This document shows, piece after piece, positions 1 to 14,083 of a stretch of 64,000 bases of DNA; positions within the stretch are counted from its first letter, which is position 1, and every line of letters starts with the position of its first letter. A model generated the notes under the pieces. It searched no databases, had not been told where the DNA came from, and worked only from the letters and a program-made list of their open reading frames with translations. Source of the DNA: Bigelowiella natans CCMP2755. Taxonomy: Eukaryota; Protista; Cercozoa. The DNA lies in NCBI GenBank assembly GCA_000320545.1, contig ADNK01001802.1, positions 31,042 through 95,041 of the forward strand, given 5' to 3'. The position numbers and the translations under genes were made by a program.

Positions 1-257
1 GTGCATCTTTTCATCGATAATACATCTATATACTACTACCTCAACTACATTGATACCCTAATTTTCTCCCTTTCCCGCCTCTTACTTACACTCATGGATT
101 GCATTGAATATGTATTTATTTATAAGCATGATTGCACAGTAGCAGCTGCCACCTCCTCCTTTGTCTTAGATTCTATATATATGCCCTTATGGTCATCAAA
201 TTTACTTGGACGACTACTGTATTCCTTCGTTCTTTATGTACAATTGTTGTGATTAAG

Positions 258-503
258 ATGGCGGATGTTGTGATGGGAATACGTTTATTCAATCGCGAGC
301 TGGGAGAAGGAGGCCTAGGTAATTGCTAGTAATATCATTATTGCGTATTATTTCTATCATTTTACGTAATTGCTAGTAGTATCATTATTGCGTATTATTA
401 CTATCATTTTATATAATTGCTAGTAGTATCATTATTGCGTATTATTACTATCATTTTATATAGAAGTAGTAGCGGTAGCAGTGGTAGTAGTAGTAACAGA
501 CTG

Positions 504-538
<35 letters not shown>

Positions 539-1019
539 TGTGCTTGTGTGTTTGTGAATTTGGAGGCGGGGGTAAATGATACAGCCTCTCTTTCATTTTG
601 AGATTGATGATGGTGGTGCTGTTGGTCTGCAGGTATCGAAGATGTGCCCCATTTAGCCCTCGAGGAAGCTAAGGTTGGTTGTTTCTGCTGCTGCTGCTGA
701 AAACAATATCATCTTGTATTAATACTTCTTCAATAACACGGTCTTGCTACACAATGACGTCTGGTGTAAGAAGCAGTGAACGAGGAGGAATCACTATGTA
801 CAATGCTGTTGTTTAGTTGTTGTTGTACTGAAAAGGTTTTGAGTAAACGAATGGAAGAGAGCTCTCGTGATATCGATCGAAAGGCGGAAAAGTAATTTAT
901 TGCATCTCGTACTATGTATGATGTTTTAAGTAGTAAACTAGTTTTTCCTCACTCTCCTGCTGCCGTGCTGCTACTACCTAATATCTTCTTTTTATGTAAA
1001 ATTGTGAGTCTTTTTGAAC

Positions 1020-1056
<37 letters not shown>

Positions 1057-1973
1057 ACTGCACTCACAGTGAGCTGTTTTTGGCTGGCCACCATACGTAT
1101 CATCACGATCAATGATGTGTGTTATTTCAGGTATGACAAAGTTCTCAACTTTGAGCACATGGTGAGCGTTGTAGCAGTAGTAAGTAGTTAGTATGACAAT
1201 GTAATAAGAGAGGATTTCTTATTAGAGTTAGTATTAGTAGTATTAGTAATTTTCTTTCCTACTTTTTTTCTTCCTCCTAAATACTAAAACAACTTAGCAT
1301 TATTGATTAGCTGATGATAATATAGTTTTAAGATACATCAATAAATTAGAATAATGAATATTCAACACACCTATTGCACGCATAGTGATCTACTAACTTA
1401 TAGATGCTATTATTCTTCATCTTAATACTGCTATGAAATCATGTATGAAGCGCTTTCCTTTATCGTTTAATGTTCAACGAGTATGTTGCATTGGGCTGGC
1501 TTTTTCGTATAAAATATGATATGATTATTTCGAGTAGTTGGTCATCATCATCATAGTCATCATCTTATTGATATTGCTGCTATAGATTCCTGGATCTATT
1601 GCGAGCTCTGTTGATATGCTACAGAATGAACTAGCCCATAACCGGTACTAAATAACATTAGGGTTAGCTTATGTTACCTCATTTCGGAGAGTTGGTAGGA
1701 GCGGTGCAGATGGTGGTGGTGGTGGTGGTGATGGTGGTGGTGGTGGTGGTTACGGATTAGAATCTGTTGGTTTTTTTATTGACGTTGATGTTGAGCTACT
1801 ACTACTACTACTACTAGTAGTAGTAGTAGTAGTAGTAGTAGTCTTTTTGGTGTACATGGTGGAAATATGACAAAAAATGTTCCTACAGGCAAATAGTCCT
1901 CCTTCTTAATCAGCTACTCCACGATTCCCTACAGGTTTGTATTTCATTCGATAATAATAGATATATTTAATTA

Positions 1974-2013
<40 letters not shown>

Positions 2014-4655
2014 GATATTTAATATTGGTATAAAAATATGGTGACAAAGAGAGCGATACTGAAAATAATAGCACCTGTTTGTGCTTGCAACTAGTACAAG
2101 AAACTGATAATGATTCAGTACTTACAATTATTGAATTTTGGGAGTGGGGAAGCTGATGTTATTGATTTTTACTAGACACATTGATAGGTTTCGTGATGAT
2201 ATTCTTTGTTTGATGATAGGGTGTGGATTCAATATGGAAGTTACATCAAAAATTCCGCAGGTTTTTTATTTATATTACATATATATTTTCTAGAGAGTGA
2301 GAAGTCAACTATCTTACACTGTTTGCGTTCCACTGTAAACATAACGTGCAATAATGTGAAGGTAATTAATCTAATTGCTGCTATATTTATATTTAGTATT
2401 CTACAACAATTAAGATCATTAGTTGGAGGCAAATCAGCGGTATTTTAAGCATTACTACATCTCAAATAATAATATTCATAGTAATAGAACTAGCGTTACA
2501 AAATGGGATGATAAATTTCGAGAGATACATATTTGCAAGGGAGGCCGCCTATAGAAAATCATGGAAATTGAATGGTTTGAGCAAGTATATATACACAAAC
2601 AAACATACATCCACCTGCTATGAAGAAAAGCAGCAAGAAATGAATAGAAATTATTTTATATTCTATTATGGTGCTATTGCTCAACAACTTCAACTATTAA
2701 TTCACATTTTACTAATACTACTACTACTACTACTACATTCACCACTAACAGGTGCCGAAAGAGACTGTATATCCTCACTTCATTCAACTATCAAACATTT
2801 GGATGGCAATGGTACTACTTACTATGAGTACTATTTTACATACAAGGAAGCACCCGTACTAATTGATAGATATTTGTTTCTCAGGAAAAGGAACGTGAAT
2901 ACACAGAGTTACGTCGTAAGGTTTATGCTGAGGTAGAAGTGTACAAGTAGTAGTAGTAAGAAGAACAGCTAGATGAGACTACTATCATGGCCCTCCCTCT
3001 TTTATTGGTTGACTAGAAGAATAAGAAGAGGTTCTTGTTTTCTACCAAGCTTAAAGCAGCAGCGGCAGCAGCAGTTATCCTAATCGTCTACGTGTTGTTG
3101 GCCCTTCTTCATATTGAGTCATACAAACAACTGACCAAAAGATGTCGAGTAATACTTATCCCTAACGACAACACAAATGCTAATACAAACAGTTGTGTCC
3201 ATTCATGGATTGTTTCAAGAGCTCAATTCTTCCAACGGATTTAGCAAAGGCAGGAGCACATGAAGCGAAGCTCTACAATGATCATGTACTGCTATACTAT
3301 TACTACTTACTACTGCTATTACTTCCTCTGTTATAATTCTCATGTCAATAGATGATATTCACAAAACAATTCTCATGTCAATAGATGATATTCACAAAAC
3401 AATTCTCATGTCAATAGATGATATTCACAAAACAATTCTCATGTCAATAGATGATATTCACAAAACAATTCTCATGTCAATAGATGATATTCACAAAACA
3501 ATTCTCATGTCAATAGATGATATTCACAAAACAATTCTCATGTCAATAGATGATATTCACAAAACAATTCTCATGTCAATAGATGATATTCACAAAACAA
3601 TTCTCATGTCAATAGATGATATTCACAAAACAATTCTCATGTCAATAGATGATATTCACAAAACAATTCTCATGTCAATAGATGATATTCACAAAACAAT
3701 TCTCATGTCAATAGATGATATTCACAAAACAATTCTCATGTCAATAGATGATATTCACAAAACAATTCTCATGTCAATAGATGATATTCACAAAACAATT
3801 TCGTGGATACTTGTTGAGATGTTGCTCTCAGAAGTCGAGTACTCTACATTCCTCCACCATTTCTTATTCCTCTGATTTTGATATACACACAGAAGAATAC
3901 GCGGGGAGAAGTAAAAGAAGATAAAAAGAGTCATGATGATGCTGATGATGAGAATGAGGATGGTGAAGAAGCTAGCCTATCAAAGATCGTAAAGACTGTT
4001 AAAAAAGATAAAGTAATAAGTTCTATGATTAATACTACTAAATAGAAGTTTAGAAGATGAAGAAGAAGAAGAAGATCAGAGCCCATTCCAAGAAAAAAGA
4101 ATTAGTTGAACATGTTGTATGTGGTTAGCTCTTTATGTATATGTGTTGTATTGTGTGGCAGGATGAATCTATGAAAAAAATTCTTAGTCAAAGCAATACC
4201 ACACCTTACCGCATCGTGAAAGAGGTAAGTAGGCAGTTATTATCGTCAATTACTCGTGCTATTGACAGTAGTGTTAGGTATGAAATCTGCATGATAGAAG
4301 GAACAAATAATCAAAAGAAGAAGAAGAGGGAAGGAGGCAGAGTAGAAAGCTGTTGGAATATACAACAATATTGCACAATGTGGATGATAAGACAAGTCAG
4401 TTCAGATGTTGCTTTCTTGTCATCATCACCATCATCACCATCATCATCATCATCATCATTTTCATTATCATCATCAGTCAACTCCTGAATTCATGACTCT
4501 GCCATTAGAATATCAAGGGTAGTAGTAGTAGTTGTTGTTGTTGTTGTTGTAGTAGTGGTAAATGGACAGCAGCTGCTTTCTCGTGTGTTGTCTTTTACTT
4601 TTCTATTTGTTACTTCTTCTGTAGAGCCGCAACCACAAACTTTTCCTCAATCCAA

Positions 4656-4732
<77 letters not shown>

Positions 4733-4975
4733 CGCGCGCCCGCGTTTTGTTGTATGTTTTATAGCGTTTGTGCTGCTGATGATGGAGCTGGTGCTGCATT
4801 AATATATGATGACCATCTCAGGTTCTGTCCGTATACGCTGGTTATGCAAGGGGGACATCTCGTTCCTGGTTGTGTGACGACAGTAGTATCATCATCATCA
4901 TCATCATCATCATCATCTGTGTGACGACAGTAGTATCATCATCATCATCATCATCATCTGTGTGACGACAGTAGT

Positions 4976-5008
<33 letters not shown>

Positions 5009-5025
5009 TGTGTGACGACAGTAGT

Positions 5026-5059
<34 letters not shown>

Positions 5060-6027
5060 CTTTTGTTTCTGCTGTTGCTGCTGATGCCGCAACTGTGTTT
5101 GTCACGTCCTTATAAATTCTAAATCGACAGCAGAAGAGAAATAGTACTTAACTCACTTCCCCCCCCCCCCCCCTCTCTCACATACACGCACACACTCTAA
5201 ATAGGGGAGCCCCAAGCCGGGATAATCACGTACAAAGGAAAATGCTTCTCCCTTGCAGGGTTGGATGCAATGAAACGTTTCTGTAAAGGATAAAGAAGAT
5301 ATGATGGCTAGAACAACAACACAGCAGCCGCAGATAGATATGATTCTAGAGTCGAGTTAAAAGAATCGTCATCATTATCATCTTCATCATCGTTATTGGA
5401 ATTATAATACTAATTAACAACAATCAGGATCCTGAGAAGATTCTTAGAGGAGTTGATCGATTAGTACGGAAAAGCCCCCACCTTGCACATCTTCTCTGTG
5501 TCCAAGTGAGTAGTAGTAGTAGAAGTAGTAGTAATAGTAGTAGTGGAATAGTTATCAAGGATATGATGAGACAAGAATTTAGAACAAGAAAATGAAGAAA
5601 CAGTGCCCCCCCCCCCCGTCAAATTCCCAAAATGTTCTATTTAGTGGTGTAGGAGGTAGTAGAGAATTTGTCTGATAGTTTTCAGTTGTTGTCAATGTAT
5701 TATAGACTGCATTTCTAGTCTCGATCGTTTCTATCGATATATTTATGCGGCAATTATTATTATCAATATTTCATCCTAATCTTCGCATTTCTAAAATTAT
5801 GCACTACCACTGCAGTACACATACATTTTCAACAGATTTCCTACTAATAGAGCGATTTTATTAGCCACAATTCCCATTGATTGTGTCTCTCTGCTCATCA
5901 TCATCATCTTCTTCATATTATTATCATTAATCTTTGTTGCCATCATCTATCTACAGGACGAAATAGCCAACTTTGCTATTCCGCACTTTCTCATCACGGA
6001 TGAAGGGGTACTTCGTTAATCAACTTC

Positions 6028-6104
<77 letters not shown>

Positions 6105-6454
6105 ATGTTTGACGGTCCTCGTCATTCTTCTTTATTTCTCACCTCCATTTGTTACATAACATACAACTACAATTGCAATTGCAATGATGAATGACCACCA
6201 GGCTTTGGTATGTGGTGGGGCTGGGCCTTCTTCTCGCGACGTTGGCACACAAACACCAACACATTTCCTACCAGAGAGGAATATTGATCCCAAGGTTAGG
6301 AGAATGATGAGTTATTCTTCAGCTCACTTCTCAAAAATTGTTTGTTGTTGCAACGGCCAACTACCAAAATATCAACATTGTATTTGTCAAAATCAAGAAA
6401 TAAGGACAAATTAGCTACTACGTTCATTTACTAAAAAGGATATTGTCTAAAAGA

Positions 6455-6490
<36 letters not shown>

Positions 6491-7118
6491 CATTTATTTG
6501 TTACTAGTATTCATGGAATGAATGGGAACTCCGGCGACGTGCACTACAGATGGCAAGTCTCACCGACAAAAAGACCACAAGTGCACAGACGGTTCTACTA
6601 CTGCTACTACTACTACTCTTACTACTACTACTACTCCTTGAGAATAAAAGAATCATCAACGACACACTACTATTTTGGATCTATTTATGTATTCTGTATA
6701 ATGATAATCTACACAAATATGTTTTTGATGCTGATCACGTTTTCTTTGTGTAACCATTTACATAAAGGCCGAGTGTATTCATTTATATAATAATGACCGA
6801 CTGAAAAAATCTGTAGCAGAAGTGAGTAGTAGTTCCAACATTATTAAACCAACTCGAATTTATTTTTCCTCCCCCTTCTTCTCGATATAATACTACAGAA
6901 TAAGTCACATTACCGGAGGGAAAATGCGACGCAATACACTCTACCCAAACCATATGCGGATGGTTCCATGCCTGGCCAAGGTAGTAGTCCACTATAATGA
7001 TAATAATAATTATAATAACAATAATACACATGTATCAATGAGACACGTAACTACTACCACAGCTCATATCGTATATATGTAATATACGTAAAGTTGCGTT
7101 TGTGTGCGTGTGTATGTG

Positions 7119-7164
<46 letters not shown>

Positions 7165-7773
7165 GGGGGGGGGGTTGAAAGGGGTAGGAGGTACACCCAT
7201 TCTTCTTCTAAGGGAAAATAAAGATATTGTTAGCCTCGTACGTAGTACAATTTGGCGGAATCAGTCGTTCATTCGTCTTTAGTGATGAATAATGACGCAA
7301 TATCACCGCACTCTTCTCTGTTCTTGTTGGCCTTGTTTGTCTTCTTGTTGTTGTTGTTTCATCTATTACTATTAACTACAGGCACACAGACAAGGAAATC
7401 CCAGGGCACAAACGTTCCTCGCACTAAAAGGTGGATGATATAAAGATTTACCTATACAATAGAATTATTGACACGATGATTCTGATATGCTGCTGTATGG
7501 TGGTGGTGGTGATGATGATGATGGAACGTAACTCTGATTATAGTGGTATTATCACAATGAAATACCAGCAACAATGATAACAACAACAACAACAATAGTA
7601 ATAATAATAATTATAATAATATCAAAGAGTCACCACAGAAGTTGTAGCACTAATTGTAATCGGTATCTTCCTGTAAAACTGCTTTCAGATATTTTGCTGG
7701 ACTACGAGGAAAAGCTGATGGAAAGTTCGTTGAGAAGAAAATTGTTATGGACGGTCAGTCGCACTTGAATTAA
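258..7773 (+). CDS. CFAP206: Cilia- and flagella-associated protein 206 (C6orf165/FAP206), multi-exon, 5' part lies upstream of the window
   Basis: Hand-spliced exons give VMGIRLFNRELGEGGLG|IEDVP (258-318, ~633-673), ELAHNR|QIVLLL, VPKETVYPHFIQLSNIW (~2751), STPEFMTLPLEYQG|FCPYTLVMQGGHLVPG, DVGTQTPTHF (~6240), YSWNEWELRRRALQMASLTDKKTTSAQT (~6508-6591), SHYRRENATQ and YFAGLRG, with stop TAA at 7771-7773. These match recalled CFAP206 motifs (GIRLFN..GKGGEGIDD, GFC, WNEWELRRKA, SHxRREN, YLAGLRG). Confidence 0.93.
319..461. repeat. ~48-bp tandem repeat, 3 copies, starting exactly at the intron donor GT
   Basis: Unit (g/a)taattgctagta(a/g)tatcattattgcgtatta(t/c)..tatcatttta repeated at ~319, ~366 and ~413. 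Confidence 0.85.
3334..3799. repeat. Perfect 33-bp minisatellite, 14 copies, inside a CFAP206 intron
   Basis: Unit aattctcatgtcaatagatgatattcacaaaac, identical copies, no spacers. It produces the incidental ORF (MSIDDIHKTIL)x14. Confidence 0.97.
4871..5059. repeat. Compound tandem repeat tgtgtgacgacagtagta(tca)n, 4 copies, directly after a donor
   Basis: Constant 18-bp head followed by a variable-length (TCA)n tail. Confidence 0.85.
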
Positions 7774-9140
7774 TATATTTAGTTGGAAAACTACTTATGA
7801 TGTTGGTTGAGGAGAAATATGAAAGCGTTTTTCAGAAATTCAATACATTTGCTTATCCAAGCCGATTGTTCCTTGCAGTGTGTGTTTGTCTGCATGTGTA
7901 TGATTTGGATGGACCGCCATTTGTTTAAAAGCTAGTCCTTTTACAATGTGGTTATTTATTATGAATAGGCATCGAAATTGTGGAGCAGACATAAGAAACT
8001 TTGTCTACAAATCAAGATCAATCTTCGCAGTAGAGATTGAATGCATCACGTCTCTCACTGTGTTTCGTTTCGACCATCAACGATTGTGCGTAAATCGCTC
8101 GTTGTGCATGCAAATTACATGTGTATGAAATTCAAAAAAAAAATGTGAGAAAAGGAAGTGGAAAATTGCCGATTGAATTCGCATGCATCATCATCTTCAA
8201 GCAGCAAATGGCATTGGATCGTGACGTTGCATTGATGACGTACGTCTAGCTAGATTGAGATCTGCTTGCTGTCACATGTCTCGATGTGCGCGAGTCCTCT
8301 CGCGAGCGCTGAAACGACGTAACGACAACATGCAGTTTTGCGATGCACCACTTTGGTCGAACATTGTGGAACACATGCACACCAGGCTGCTATAGGGCTG
8401 AGACCATTAAATTGAGATCAGAGCGCGTGCGCTTCGCAGCGGCGGCTTTGCACATAGTGCATGTTGCTCGCACTACTTGACAAATGATAGTCTGGCGCAT
8501 TCATTACGCAACAATGATTAGTGCAGTCGGCTGACACATGTGGAGAGTAGCATGCACAGCTGTGCAAGTCATGAGCTAACAGGATTCGCGCCGGTGATAC
8601 AAGACTACGCATGATGTGCGTTCATTTGTTCTCTGGAGTTTTGCGAGAGGCCCTGATGCACAATAATCCAATGAATGTCAGCCTCGGTGCATGCTGCGTG
8701 CAATGGAATGCAATCCACTAGCGCCAATTTGCGGTCATTATTGCACATTAAACATGGCGTGTAATGACAATTAATTAATTGTTGCAACCGCCTCGCCATT
8801 GCGATGGCCACGGCTATTGCGGTACACACGTGTTGCGCTACGCTACTACATACGCGGTATCACGCTTTCAATCTATTTTCCCATGCACACACATGTAGGG
8901 AGTCCCTGTACACATGCACAACATTACAGAATGACCAGCAGCCACATCGCACCATGCAGCGTGTCGATCTATCGCGCTCATACATGGTTGTTGTACGTAC
9001 GTACATTTTTAAAAGGGAAACCTCGGCAGACAGCGATTTTGTTTAGTTATACACATTTACTTGCACTAAGTTGCCGTTGTTTGTTTATTATTCCTAAGCA
9101 CACGATCGATCGATAGAACAATCTCTTTTCTGAGTTATCA

Positions 9141-9672
9141 TTACACCTTTGGCAAGCAAGCCTTGTACATATCGTCACCCCTGCATTCGAAGTTATCATT
9201 GCAGCATCTTACTGGCCCGGAATACGGCACTACGTCTCCAAGATTGTTAAGATGACCGTTCCTTGACTTCAGAGTCAGAAACAACCCTATTCATACAACA
9301 ACAACAGCAACAACAACAACAAACTTAATTTTCAGAGCTATTTGAATAATAATACGCAACATCTCTTCTCGCTTCTCCCTAGTAGTTTCCTTCTCAATAT
9401 TTCCCTGTGCTGCTACTAATTAATGCTGCCCCTCAGTCCTTCTACTACTACTACTAGTACTACTACTACAACTACCAATATATCTTCAACTATACTAATA
9501 CTACGTCCTACTACTGCTATTTACCGCCGCATTGACGATGATTTTTGACATATTCTCCAGACTTAGTGCATTTGAACATTGAGGTATCTAATACAACAGA
9601 GTAGTAGTCCAATTTATTGAGCGTATGTAGTAGCAGTAAAAAGACCAATCATCCGTGTATGTATACCCCAAT

Positions 9673-9719
<47 letters not shown>

Positions 9720-10740
9720 CTCACAAATTAGTAATTTTAAGACCGTAGTGATATGATATAGCGTGGTTGTAGCATCGTTGTCCCATCAGTATCAACCAGT
9801 GGTAGAGTATCATTAATATTTTGATATTCCCTACTACTACTACTACTTGTCTCCTTCTAGTACCTGTTGCTTGTTTGAGAGGTACAGGTCTTTCTGCATC
9901 ATTCACAATTACGCTGAATTGGCAGCTCGATTCCTTCCCGCTTACCAACGATTTGAACTTAAATTCGACCTAGCAAAGAGAGAGATAGTTGTATTCGTGG
10001 TAGTACAAGATATAACAATGGAGAGAGAGAGAGAGGTAGGTGTGGAGGAAGGCAAGAGGGATTAAGAGCCACTCATCATACGTGCATACATACATACATA
10101 CATACATACATACATACGCATTCTTTCGGAAAAGAACAACAAACAAACAAACAAACAACGACGACCAACGAATCGAAAGAAATCAACTGAAATGCTGTTG
10201 TTATTGAGCTAAATTAAAGATATCCGGTAAGTAGTACAGCAGCAAGCATACATATATCACTAATGTGTATGCATGTGTGCGTGTTACGTCTTTAACATCA
10301 TCATCATCATCATCATCACCACCACCATCATCCATTTCACGGTGGTAAATCTTTCTATCTATCTTCTTACCGGATTGATTCCAACATGGAAGTGCATGCC
10401 AGATTTAGGTAATTTATCGATGTTCTGAGCTACAAGCAAGTTGCCATTCGTGTCTGTTGCATTGATGGCTGTCCATGTGGCCTGTGAGTGGATTTATGCA
10501 CACCAATCATTTATCATTTAGAATAGGACAACAAACACTACTACAACTATTACTACTACTACTACTACTACTACTACTAGCACCTGCAAGTACTGTATAC
10601 TAAAGTTATAATGAGATTCAATCATTTTCACGTTTGAATTTATACTAGTGGTGAAAAAGATGGGAGGAGGAAGCACACAGCAGATAAATTATTATTATCA
10701 ATTATTATTTCTTAGTTGCTGCGGCTGCTGCTGCTGTTAT

Positions 10741-10776
<36 letters not shown>

Positions 10777-11539
10777 CCTTGCAACTGTAGCATGCATATC
10801 AGCAGCAACAACGATATTTTTCGTTGGGCAGTTATTGATGGTTGGTGCTCGATGATCGATGACGGTTACGAGAAACGTGCATTCAGGAGCACTATTTCCA
10901 CTCTGATGATGATGATATAGATCACAATGATGCGGTGATAAAAAAGTGAATAACCAGCTTACACATATGACTAAGTTATGAATAGATGGATGATGTTTTT
11001 CGCCCATTGTAGCACTACTGCTACTTATGAAACGATGGATGATGTTCGCCCATAGTAGCACTACATTGGTCTTGTCATTAATACTAGTAGAATTGTGATG
11101 ACGAAAAAGGGTTGTTTGCTGCCCTCTTTCTTCTTTCACTTTATAATATGTTGTTTCTCGCTTCTTTTTAACATAAACATAGTAGTAGTAAAAGGTCTGT
11201 CAGTATATTATCTAAAGAATATCTTTTGTATATCTATATATTGTAATATCACCTTGTCAGTCGCCGTGTACGTAATTTGGTGACTTCCAGGACTCATAAA
11301 ATCCCCAGGCTTCCTGTTTTTCGACTCTGATACTGTTGGAGGCTCACAGCTGTTATCAACCGCCTTTGGAATCTGAATTATGTAGTATTATCATAATAAC
11401 AACAACATTTTAAACGAAGCAATACAAGTTAATTAACGGGGAAATGAATCATATATGGTGATTTTAACGCACAATAACAATACCCCAGAAGATTATTGTT
11501 ATTAATTCCAACAGTTAGAAATAGTATACACTTGTCATA

Positions 11540-11597
<58 letters not shown>

Positions 11598-11600
11598 TAA

Positions 11601-11632
<32 letters not shown>

Positions 11633-12156
11633 GTAGATACAAACCTGCCACATCGGCCCGAAGGAGTCTCCATCCATGATTGTGTGAGTAATAGGAGCAG
11701 ATGGACAACTCAAGAAGACAGGAGGGGAACGATCATCCACCTTTGCATCGATCGTGAATGAAGATTTATGTCCTAATGAAATAATATGTCATAATAAAAA
11801 ACAACAACAACAACAAAGTGGTTAAAATAGTAGTAATGAATGGGAAAAATAATATCACTCATCATCATTCTCTTTTACTATTTAATGGGGAAAAACAACA
11901 ATAACACGCATCATCATTCACTTTTACTACTTTTTACTACATCTCTTATTGTTACTACTGCTACACGTTTCCTCCTCCTCCTCCTCCTCTTCCCCCTCCA
12001 TATTATCATCCTTTTCCTTAATCATTCATTCTCCTATGATAGCTTCGATATTTTCCCTCCTCCTCCTCCTCTATGATGAGTATAGTATGTACTATTACTA
12101 TGATTTACCTGCTTGGTCTGTGGTATCGCATGTGATCTTGTATGAGCCGACCTGCC

Positions 12157-12187
<31 letters not shown>

Positions 12188-12188
12188 C

Positions 12189-12221
<33 letters not shown>

Positions 12222-12413
12222 TCCATCCATCAGAGGAGATGGAATAGTAATAACATTGCACACAAGCAGCAAGAATAGACCGTAGTGTTAGTAGTACCCC
12301 AAGTTGACTTCCGGTTGGAATATTGCAGGAGAAAGTTTGCTTGTCCTCACAGTTGTCAGCAGCAACACATTTGTAGTTTACCATGGCTTTGTCCGTGCCT
12401 GTGGTGTAGTATT

Positions 12414-12447
<34 letters not shown>

Positions 12448-12450
12448 GAC

Positions 12451-12492
<42 letters not shown>

Positions 12493-13347
12493 GAGAGAAA
12501 ATCAGGATAAATGGTTCATCAGAAATGATGTAGTTGGTGATGTGTTAGGAAGATCGCACTTGTTCCTCTCTTCTCCTCTTCTTCTTATTCATACGAATTA
12601 TTACTATTACTATTATGTATGTATGTATGTATGTATGTATGTTTGGACAATGATGATACAAATAAGTAAGTCTTCTTGGATGATGATAGTATATAATAAT
12701 AATAAATAATAATAATAATAATAATAATGCGTAAATACTTCTGGTCTATTGCCGACTATCATGATTTAAACATCATTCATTTATCTGTTGGAAGTATTCT
12801 TCTTCTTCTTCTTCTTCTTCTTCTTATATGAGTAGTAGTTGCACAAGAAAACAGCGAGCAAAAACATCGACAACTTACTGTGCTAGCAGCAAGAATGATG
12901 ACGATGATAAATATGATAAAAATGACAAAGAAGAAGAAGAAGCATGATAACGAGTAGTAGAGCATACATTGTCCCTTCCCGTCAATGCCGATGTTATTAG
13001 GAAGCACCGAAATCACCTCAGGATCGCCTATTTGTTTATTTATTCATGAGTGATAATAATAGGTTGTTAGTCGTTTTTGCGTGTAAGAAGAAAATATAAG
13101 TGAGAAAAATTAGATCAGATCCAAAGAAGGCAGCAATGGCTTCCTTTTGAATATACAATGATCTTCTTCTGGTTGATGCTGCATTCAAATGAATGAATCT
13201 TTATAATAAGAGTTCTTGTTCTTGTTGTTCTATGTTGTTATTTCGTTGCGTGTTAGAAGACAGAAGAAGTTGTAGGTAGTAGTAGTAGTAGTACATGTAA
13301 TCGTTGGAGCTTGAATATCTTTTACATCGATATGGAACTCACCTATA

Positions 13348-13387
<40 letters not shown>

Positions 13388-14043
13388 CTGTGTAAGATTT
13401 TTTCCTTCATTACAACCGTGATTGCATAATAACATCCAAGCTGTTTTCGTGTTATTTTTTTTCATGTTTACTCCTCATCAGCGATTTTGGTCCTCCCATA
13501 ACCATGTCATGATGATTGTTATTGATTCATTGATGTCTACACCATGTCATGATGATCGTTGTTGTTGATTCATTGATGTCTACACTATAATAATAGTAAT
13601 AATTATCATTACATTTTGCTGCGTTGGCAGCAGAATCGAGTACTTTGTACTCCACAACTGTCATCCCTTTATTTATTATAAAAGTAGTAAGTAACTGTGA
13701 TGATTGATCTCACTATGATCAATACAAAGCTACAATAATAGCCAGCAGGTGGTGGTCAGATTATATGATGATGCTGCTGCTGCTGCTACTGCAATTGTGT
13801 GCATGGATGATGTTCATTCTGTACTGCTACAACTTCTACTAGTACCTGCAGGATAGTTGAATCCCTCTGCAGGGTGAGATGGTGTTTGAGGTGTCAAGAC
13901 TTTGCAGTTATCGGTCGCAATCTGTGTTTTATTCAAGAGGAGGAGGGAGGGAGAGTAGCGCTTGCTTTAAATAATACACCAGTAACAAACCAACACAGCA
14001 GCAAGCATCACTTCAAGCATCATCACTACCTCTCTTTAGAGTG

Positions 14044-14083
<40 letters not shown>

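Noticed and set aside
1657-1668. Telomere-like TTAGGGTTAG (also isolated CCCTAA near 43287 and 43329)
   Set aside because: Fewer than two full units; expected by chance.
3334-3875. CRISPR array or repeat protein (MSIDDIHKTIL)n
   Set aside because: The units abut with no spacers, there are no cas genes, the context is eukaryotic, and the flanking CFAP206 exons join in phase across it.
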